Positions 37,256 through 43,885 of a stretch of 46,082 bases of DNA are shown here, one piece after another. The position numbers and the translations under genes were made by a program. This stretch comes from Thauera sp. (GTDB lineage: Bacteria; Pseudomonadota; Gammaproteobacteria; Burkholderiales; Rhodocyclaceae): positions 1 through 46,082 of the forward strand of contig JAKLLJ010000001.1 of NCBI GenBank assembly GCA_023150215.1. The letters are read 5' to 3'. How positions within the stretch are numbered: position 1 is the stretch's first letter; each line of letters begins with the position of its first letter. The notes below the pieces were generated by a model that ran no database searches, was not told where the DNA came from, and saw only the letters and a program-made list of their open reading frames with translations.

Positions 37256-37736
37256 CGTGGCCTCCTGAAGAAATAGGGGGCACGACGCACCCAGGGGGGC
37301 GAATGCCCCACGGGGTTGGAAAAGGCCGATGCCCAAAGGACATCGGCCGGTGAAGAGAATGGCTGGCTTGGGGCGGACGATCCGCCGGATGACGGTGTGC
37401 CAGCTACCGCTGAGAAAACTGCTTTCGGCACGGGAGCGAAGAGCTCCCGCCTCGAAAGCATGTTTCGGTGCGGGACTCGGCCGCCAACGGGAAAGCGATG
37501 GCGGCGGGGATCACGGCGTGATCCACGGTGGACTCAAGGGCTCGCCAGGGTGGTGCGCAGGGCCAGCTACTGCATGCGTCGAAGATTGCCGCGCGGACTT
37601 CGGTCGGTCAATCCTTCCGGCGGCGAAGTCCACCAGGTGATGGCAAATTCGGGCGGTTTGGACGGGATATTCGGGTGGAGTTGAACCTGCCAGGCGAGGA
37701 CGATCTGCGTCAAGTCGACAGCAGAGAGGTATCCCC

Positions 37737-38561
37737 ATGGCAACTACATTCTCCGGCACGCAGATCGTCAAGACCGACGAAGGCGCGGTGAACGCACGCA
37801 TCCTGGCGCGCGAGGCGAAGGTGGATTTCCGGCGCGTCGAAGCCGCCAGCATCAAGGTGGTCACGCGTCTGACCAGCGCCGAAGGTAAGCGCCTGTTCGT
37901 GCGCTTCTTCAGCACTTTGCAGCTCAACGCCCACTTCATTTCCGTGCTGGCGCGCACGCGCCTGGATTCGGACGACGTGGCCAAGGTCGAGGCGGCCATC
38001 AAGGCGCGTATCGACACGGTGGCCGAAGCGCTCAACAAGGCCATCGACGGTGCGGAAGCGCTGTTCCAGGCCAACGGCATCACGAGTTCGGCCACCTACG
38101 ACACGCAGGCCCTGGAAATCGAGGTCGGGATCATCTCCTCGACCGGCCGGCGCTACCTGGACCTGATCGGCAAGCTCGACCAGTTGATGCCCTTGTTGCA
38201 GACGCTGGAGATCCACGAGGTCATCACCACCCAGGCGCTCGACATCCAGCGAGCAACGCTCAAGCGCCAGGTTCGTGACGTGGCGAACTCGGCGCGCAGC
38301 CTGGCAACGGGGCTGCGCCGTCGCATGAACGCGCTGGCTGCGGCCGCTGCCGGTGGCGCATCGGCTTCCCCTGGGGCTGTGCGCGCGAGGCTTGAAGGGG
38401 ATGATGAGGGTGACGCGGATGCGGCTGACGATCTCGCCGAACGGGGCACCGTTGAAACGCTCACCGCCGTGGCGGACGAGCCTCTCGATCAACGGGTTGA
38501 GTCCTTGGTGCTCGAGACGCCCACTCCCGAGGCGCAGAGCGGTCCCGAGGTCGATGACTGA
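37737..38561 (+). CDS. AcaB-like (DUF1845) transcriptional regulator
   Basis: GAGG RBS; ...LFVRFF... and IISSTGRRYLDLIGKLDQL pattern recalled from the family; acidic low-complexity tail. Confidence 0.65.
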   Translation: MATTFSGTQIVKTDEGAVNARILAREAKVDFRRVEAASIKVVTRLTSAEGKRLFVRFFSTLQLNAHFISVLARTRLDSDDVAKVEAAIKARIDTVAEALNKAIDGAEALFQANGITSSATYDTQALEIEVGIISSTGRRYLDLIGKLDQLMPLLQTLEIHEVITTQALDIQRATLKRQVRDVANSARSLATGLRRRMNALAAAAAGGASASPGAVRARLEGDDEGDADAADDLAERGTVETLTAVADEPLDQRVESLVLETPTPEAQSGPEVDD

Positions 38562-39014
38562 GCCCGGTGGAGGCCGCTGCTTGGGCGGCTTGTGTGCCCT
38601 GCGCCACCCATCTCTCGCGCCAACAGGGCGTTTGGGTGTGGTGTCGTGCCGTAGCGTGGCAAGGGGTGTTGCGTGGCTGTCGTGACGTGCGTTACCGTAC
38701 CGGAACCAGTCATGCCTTCCCGCGCCGCAAGCGGGCAGGGCCTGGTTCTTCGCGGCGTGACCGTCACGCCCGGACGTAGCGGACGTCACCCGCCCTGCTG
38801 AAAGAGACTCGCCGATCCAGCGCGAGATCGTTCATTTCTCCTGTTCTTCGAAGCGGGCCGCTAGGCCAGCCATGAGTGTATTTCGCCCTTTTGCCGTCGC
38901 CCGGGAAGCCGACGGCATGTCCTGTGTTTGCTTCCCTAGCGATCGTATCGAACCTGGCCTAGCACGATCGCGACAGAGGGGGTCATGAACCTCGGCATCC
39001 ATGAGGAACCGAAC

Positions 39015-39281
39015 ATGCCCACCGCAATCCCGTCCTGGCAGGCGTCAAGGCCTGCACGCGTCTCCCAGGACGCACCGCCCGTCCTGCCGCAAACCGGCTT
39101 CCTGCGTGAAGCGCGCTTGCTGCAATTCCTTCCCTTCTCGCACTCGACCTTGTGGCGCAAGGTCAGGGCGAAGACCTTCCCCGCACCCGTCAAGATATCC
39201 GGGCGCATCACCGCCTGGCGCGCGGAGGACATCCGTGCATGGATCGAAGCGCAAGGAGGCGATGGCGCGGCAGACGGGTGA
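39015..39281 (+). CDS. AlpA-family regulator / recombination directionality factor
   Basis: GFLRE..LL..LPFSHSTLWRKV...FPAPVKISGRITAWRAEDIRAWI; GAGGA RBS. Confidence 0.9.
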   Translation: MPTAIPSWQASRPARVSQDAPPVLPQTGFLREARLLQFLPFSHSTLWRKVRAKTFPAPVKISGRITAWRAEDIRAWIEAQGGDGAADG

Positions 39282-39356
39282 TCGGCACACCCGGTCGGTC
39301 ACCCGTCTGGATTCGACTTCAGTCTGGTGGCCGATGGCCTATCGGCTGAAGGTGTG

Positions 39357-39749
39357 CTACTGGTTTGGGTCTGCGGCGGCGCTGCGATCAAAACGGCGAT
39401 TCCACGCGCGGTAGGTCAGCCAAGCTGCAACCAGGCCGAAGGCGCCGGAGATGATCTGATCCCAGTCCAGCGTGTAGACCGGGCGATCGAGCTGGTCTTC
39501 CCAGAACTCATAACCGAAATGCCAAGTGGCGGTGAGCGCCAGCCCGATCCAGAAGGTCAAGGGCATGCCGCCTATGCCGAAGAAGGCAAAGGGCAGAAAC
39601 AGTCCGAGTAGGAAGTGCGCGACGAAGTAGTGGTGCGTGAAGTACAGGCCCACGGTGGCCTGGAGCGCGCCTGTCAGCAGGCAGCCTGCAGCGAAGAAGA
39701 TCCACGCGAAACGCTGCGAGGCTTTCTCGCGGGGCGTGAGTTTGCTCAT
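39357..39749 (-). CDS. Four-TM membrane protein
   Basis: Hydrophobic helices with H..., E..E and DWD polar residues; starts 6 nt after the fic stop. Confidence 0.72.
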   Translation of the reverse strand: MSKLTPREKASQRFAWIFFAAGCLLTGALQATVGLYFTHHYFVAHFLLGLFLPFAFFGIGGMPLTFWIGLALTATWHFGYEFWEDQLDRPVYTLDWDQIISGAFGLVAAWLTYRAWNRRFDRSAAADPNQ

Positions 39750-39755
39750 GATGGG

Positions 39756-40979
39756 CTACCCCACAGGCTGGGCAGGCGGCTGCACCTCGGTTCCGCTTTC
39801 CAGGATCTTCAGGAACTCCGTATAGGCATAGACACGACCACGCTGTTTGCCGGTGATCTCACCCACGATTTGGAGCTTCTCCAGCGTCTCGAAGGCCTTG
39901 TTGACGGTAGGCGCACTGAGGCCGGCCTTCTGCTGGACTTGTGCGGCATTGAGAAACGGGTGCGTTTGCAGCAGTTCATGCACGCGGAGCATGGAGTTGG
40001 TCTGTTCGCCACAGGTTGCAATGCGTTCCCTGTCTGTCTGGAACAGGGCCACGATGCGCATGGCACTCTCATAGGCGTTGTTGGCGGTCTCTGCCACGCC
40101 GGTGAGGAAGAACTCTGTCCAGGTTTCCCAGTCCCCGCGCAGCCGAACGTCCTGCAGCAAGCGGTAGTACTGCTCCCGATGGGTCTTGAGGTACAGGCTC
40201 AGGTACAGCAACGGTTCGTGAAGGATCTTCTTCTCGACCAGGAAAAGGGCGATCATCAGACGGCCCAGACGCCCATTGCCATCCAGGAATGGGTGGATGG
40301 ATTCGAACTGCACATGCAGCATGCCTGCCTTGATGAGCGGCGGGATGATGGCGGAATCGTCATGGAGAAAGCGTTCGAGGTCTCCCAGGCACTTTTCCAT
40401 TTCGCCAACCGGCGGTGGCACATAGTGGGCATTGCCCGGCCGGGTGCCCCCGAGCCAGTTCTGGGAGCGGCGGAATTCGCCAGGACTCTTGTTTTGCCCG
40501 CGCCCCTTCTGAAGAAGACGAGCGTGCATGTCCCGCAGCAGGCGCAGGCACAGTGGCAATCCCTTCGGGTCACGCAGGACATCCAGTCCGTACATCATCG
40601 CGTCCACGTAGTTGGACACCTCGGTGATGTCGTCGAGCGGCTTGCCGGCCAGCGCCGCGTTCTCGAACTGGAGCAGATCGTCCAGGGTGGACTGGGTACC
40701 TTCGATCTGCGAGGACAGGACCGCCTCCTTGCGGACGTACATGTAGAGGAACAGCGCCTTGTCCGGGAGCAGCATGGCCACGCCATCGAGCCGGCCGATC
40801 GCCCGGTCGGCCTCGCTCAACCGCTGGAGCAACTGCGCAGAGAGTGCCAGTGGTGGTTCAGGAGGCAGGGCGGGCGGAACGTAGGCGTTGACGGTTTCGT
40901 CGAAGGCCACGGTCGACACGTAGTGCCCGATTCTGGGATTCGTCGGCAGGGTGTCTTGCGAGGTGTCGCTGGTGGGCAT
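39756..40979 (-). CDS. Fic family protein with C-terminal HTH
   Basis: Canonical HPFLDGNGRLGR, N-terminal SSQIEG motif, GKQRGRVY tail. Confidence 0.94.
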   Translation of the reverse strand: MPTSDTSQDTLPTNPRIGHYVSTVAFDETVNAYVPPALPPEPPLALSAQLLQRLSEADRAIGRLDGVAMLLPDKALFLYMYVRKEAVLSSQIEGTQSTLDDLLQFENAALAGKPLDDITEVSNYVDAMMYGLDVLRDPKGLPLCLRLLRDMHARLLQKGRGQNKSPGEFRRSQNWLGGTRPGNAHYVPPPVGEMEKCLGDLERFLHDDSAIIPPLIKAGMLHVQFESIHPFLDGNGRLGRLMIALFLVEKKILHEPLLYLSLYLKTHREQYYRLLQDVRLRGDWETWTEFFLTGVAETANNAYESAMRIVALFQTDRERIATCGEQTNSMLRVHELLQTHPFLNAAQVQQKAGLSAPTVNKAFETLEKLQIVGEITGKQRGRVYAYTEFLKILESGTEVQPPAQPVG

Positions 40980-41179
40980 GGCGCGTAAGTTAAGGCGGCT
41001 TAAATAGCGGTTGTTGCTAATAAAAAACTGTGCCAGAAATTTTACTAATGCTGTGAGAATGCCGCAAGCGCCGGTCACTGTGCTGGACACGTAGCGAGCT
41101 CAACTGCTTGAGGTGGCGCTGAGAGATGAGCGTCCCTCGGGTATCCCGTGCCTGATCCAGCGGGCTGGCTACGGACAAT

Positions 41180-41246
41180 CCCCTAGTCTTGCGACCGGGG
41201 GATTCCGTCCTGCAGCGACGAGCGCTGCGTCGGCTTCGTCCTTTGT
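41180..41246. repeat. Degenerate direct-repeat copy of the helicase 3' end and terminator
   Basis: CCCCTAGTCTTGCGACCGGGGGATTCCGTCCTGCAGCGACGAGCGCTGCG...CGGCTTCGTCCTTTGT matches 43857-43951 with substitutions and one internal deletion. Confidence 0.85.
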
Positions 41247-41273
41247 CCTTGGCCTCTGGTGGCGGAGGCTGTC

Positions 41274-42053
41274 TCATGTGTTCCGGGCGTATGCCCCCGA
41301 AATCCTGGACATGACCGTATCGAAGTCGAAATCAGCGTGGAACAGCGGTTCGAATCGACCTTGTTCGCCTTCGAAGACGAACTCCGCGCAGTAGCAGTCC
41401 TGCTCGTGCTCGCCGCAGTACTGGCACTCGGGGTTGCAGCGGACGATCATCTGATCAATGGCATCGGCCGGATCGTCCGAGGCCATCAACTCGTCGTCGG
41501 CAGACCAGCGGCTGATCTGGAACTCGCCGCGGGCGAATTCCAGAACCTCCTCGGTGGTCTCGAACGCCCAGTTCAGCAAGGCTTGGCAAGCAGGAAGCAG
41601 CACGACACGGACGTAGTCAAAGCGGTAGCCTTCCAGCAGGCACAGCACGCGCCCTTCTTCTTCGTAGAGGCTCTGAAAGGAAATCGGGCCGTAGCGCTGC
41701 TCGAGCGCACGGTACCGCTCCGGGTCGAGCCGGATGTGCTTGAGCGCGTTGTTGATGGCATCGATGAGCTCGAACTTCCGATTGCTGAGGCGTGCGCCGT
41801 CCACGCAGAACAGTTCATCGAAACGCCGGACGAACTCGCTCCTGCGGTCATCGAGGCCGGCTGTCTTGCGAATCGCCAGGATGTAGTCGACGGCATGGGC
41901 GAGGAACAGGTTGGCGCCGAAGATCCGATGCAGCTGGACGCTCCGCGCAGCGATATCGGCCCGCAGTTCCGCCATCGCGGGCTCGAGGATCGCGTGGAGA
42001 TACTGCCGGTAGTCCGCGCAGGCTTGTTCGAGTGCTTCGGGTGAGGGGGGCAT
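41274..42053 (-). CDS. Hypothetical protein with HEPN-like NxxKH motif and C-terminal Cys cluster
   Basis: AAGGAAGG RBS before MPPSP; INNALKH; CQYC...CYC. Confidence 0.75.
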   Translation of the reverse strand: MPPSPEALEQACADYRQYLHAILEPAMAELRADIAARSVQLHRIFGANLFLAHAVDYILAIRKTAGLDDRRSEFVRRFDELFCVDGARLSNRKFELIDAINNALKHIRLDPERYRALEQRYGPISFQSLYEEEGRVLCLLEGYRFDYVRVVLLPACQALLNWAFETTEEVLEFARGEFQISRWSADDELMASDDPADAIDQMIVRCNPECQYCGEHEQDCYCAEFVFEGEQGRFEPLFHADFDFDTVMSRISGAYARNT

Positions 42054-42099
42054 GGACGCATCCTTCCTTTGGAACATTGCACGAGCCGGGTGGGTGGGT

Positions 42100-43383
42100 C
42101 TACTGATCTGCGAGCACCACGACGGGATCCAGTTCGAAGCCTGGATAGTTGAATGCGCCGGCCAGCGTGTCGCAGTCGGCGGGCGTTGCGCCTTGTTGCC
42201 GTAGCGCCGCATGCCAGCGCGCCGTCACCACCTGCTGAATCTGGTTGACGATGTCTGTTGCCTGCGCCAGGGAGAGCTTGAACTGCGCATGTTGCGAGAG
42301 CAGATTGGCGCGGTTCGCGTAGCGGTTGAAGCTTCCGCAGGTCATGGCGAGGTCCCGCTTTTCGGCGCTGGTGAGCGGGTTGGGCGTCAGGTCGTACGCC
42401 GGTGACAGCTCCCACTTGTCCGTGGTCGCGATCAAGGCGTGGTTACGAGGGTGGTCATCGGTGTTCGAGATGAGGGCGTTGAACACCATGCGCCGAAAGA
42501 TCTCTTCAAGGTCTTGAGCCGATCGTGCGCTGCGCCGCCGCAGTTCGTCGGCCAGCAGCAGGTAGGACCACTTGGCCCGATCGCCATGCGAGTCCTCCGC
42601 GTCCAGCGCGGTCAGGCCGCTGACCATGCGATGTCGAAGGTAGCCGTCAGCGGTCAGCGTGCGGTCGAAGCGCTGCACGAGCAGCACGTCCTTGCCGGCG
42701 ACCGTCTCGATGCGGTGCCTGGCAACGCGCAGGCCGCACTCCTGCGCCAGCGCAAGCATCGCGCCTTCGACACGCGCGTTGTTCCACTTGTCGCTCCTGT
42801 CCGGGAATTTGGCGAGCCACAAGCCTTCGGCATCCTCGACCACGTTCTTTGGCCGGGCGCCGCCCATGGAGGTGCCGGGCTGCAGAAGCTCGCGCATCTG
42901 TTCCGGCACGCCCGGCCGGCCAGCCGCCTCGTCTTCCATGAACTGTTCGGCCGCGGCGAGCAGGGCTTCCAGCTGGATGACCTGGTTGAACTTGCGGATC
43001 GGGGCGGGAGGCAGCTTGTTGCGACCGAAGGACAGGGCGCCCGCGCGGTCTTCGGGAGAGTGCAGCAAGTAGTCGACCTCGGTGAGGTCGGTTCGTCCGG
43101 TGTGCTTCTCGATGATGCGACGGCCCCAGGCATCGGGAGATGCGTCGCGCAGGGCGCCGAAGATGCCTTTGAGCTTGACCGTCTGCGTACGCCTGGGCGC
43201 CAGGGGCAATTCGTAGGGCTCCAGCGGCACCGCGTCGGTGCGTTGCAGATAGGCCGGGTTGTAGACGAACGAGCCCGTCGGCACCCCTTGCGGGAAAGCC
43301 AGTTCGTAGAACCCCGCCGTCACGACCTCCATAGACTGCGGCAACTGGAGGTAGACGTAGGCGCGCTGGTCAGAACTCGCCAT
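42100..43383 (-). CDS. hipA: HipA-family kinase toxin
   Basis: DASPDAWGR, DRAGAL, SMGGARPK, WLAKF, VQRFDR, NTDDHPRNH, LSPAYD. Confidence 0.94.
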   Translation of the reverse strand: MASSDQRAYVYLQLPQSMEVVTAGFYELAFPQGVPTGSFVYNPAYLQRTDAVPLEPYELPLAPRRTQTVKLKGIFGALRDASPDAWGRRIIEKHTGRTDLTEVDYLLHSPEDRAGALSFGRNKLPPAPIRKFNQVIQLEALLAAAEQFMEDEAAGRPGVPEQMRELLQPGTSMGGARPKNVVEDAEGLWLAKFPDRSDKWNNARVEGAMLALAQECGLRVARHRIETVAGKDVLLVQRFDRTLTADGYLRHRMVSGLTALDAEDSHGDRAKWSYLLLADELRRRSARSAQDLEEIFRRMVFNALISNTDDHPRNHALIATTDKWELSPAYDLTPNPLTSAEKRDLAMTCGSFNRYANRANLLSQHAQFKLSLAQATDIVNQIQQVVTARWHAALRQQGATPADCDTLAGAFNYPGFELDPVVVLADQ

Positions 43384-43714
43384 CGAGGTTTTCCTTGCGG
43401 TGGCGGACCCGTTGCGGCAGGCGCGTGATCTCCAGTTGCTTGCCTTCTTCGTCTCGTTCGGGGTCGGCAAATGCCTGAATCTCGGATTCCAGGCCCATCG
43501 CCCACAGCATGGCCAGGTAGGCCCCCAGGCCGGTTTGCAAGTTGCCGGCTTCCACGGCACGCGCGGTGTCGTAGCTGATGCCCGCCTTGGACGCCAACTC
43601 GCGCAGGGTCAGCCGGCGGCGCTTGCGGGCCATCGTCAGCCGCTCGCCGATGCGTTGGGCGCCATCCTTCACCGCGAAAGGCGCGGTCTGACTCAGTTGA
43701 AGAGGGCGAGGCAT
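43370..43714 (-). CDS. Xre-family HTH antitoxin (HipB-like)
   Basis: ARKRRRLTLRELASKAGIS......VEAG; overlaps the hipA start. Confidence 0.9.
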   Translation of the reverse strand: MPRPLQLSQTAPFAVKDGAQRIGERLTMARKRRRLTLRELASKAGISYDTARAVEAGNLQTGLGAYLAMLWAMGLESEIQAFADPERDEEGKQLEITRLPQRVRHRKENLDGEF

Positions 43715-43753
43715 GTTGAAATCAATCTAGATTAATATTGGGTTGGTTTCAGC
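43715..43753. promoter_or_regulatory. Probable operator/promoter of the xre-hipA operon
   Basis: AT-rich; palindrome AATCTAGATT and imperfect inverted repeat GTTGAAATCAA/TTGGTTTCAGC directly upstream of the ATG. Confidence 0.5.
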
Positions 43754-43847
43754 ATACTTCTCGATGGTCTTGGCGTCAACCTCAGGTTGGCTTAAAGACT
43801 TCTAATGCATTCTAGAAACGGTTTCAGTCGTCTTTTCTGGCGGAGCG

Positions 43848-43883
43848 AAAAAGGCCCCCCCAGCCTTGCGACCGGGGGGAGTC
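43848..43883 (-). terminator. Intrinsic terminator after the helicase gene
   Basis: Minus strand CCCCCC-GGTC-GCAA-GGCT-GGGGGG followed by GCCTTTTT. Confidence 0.8.
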
Positions 43884-43885
43884 CA

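Noticed and set aside
37511-38789. Minus-strand ORFs of 194 and 359 aa
   Set aside because: Antisense to the AcaB-like gene, which has the RBS and the coding-like sequence.
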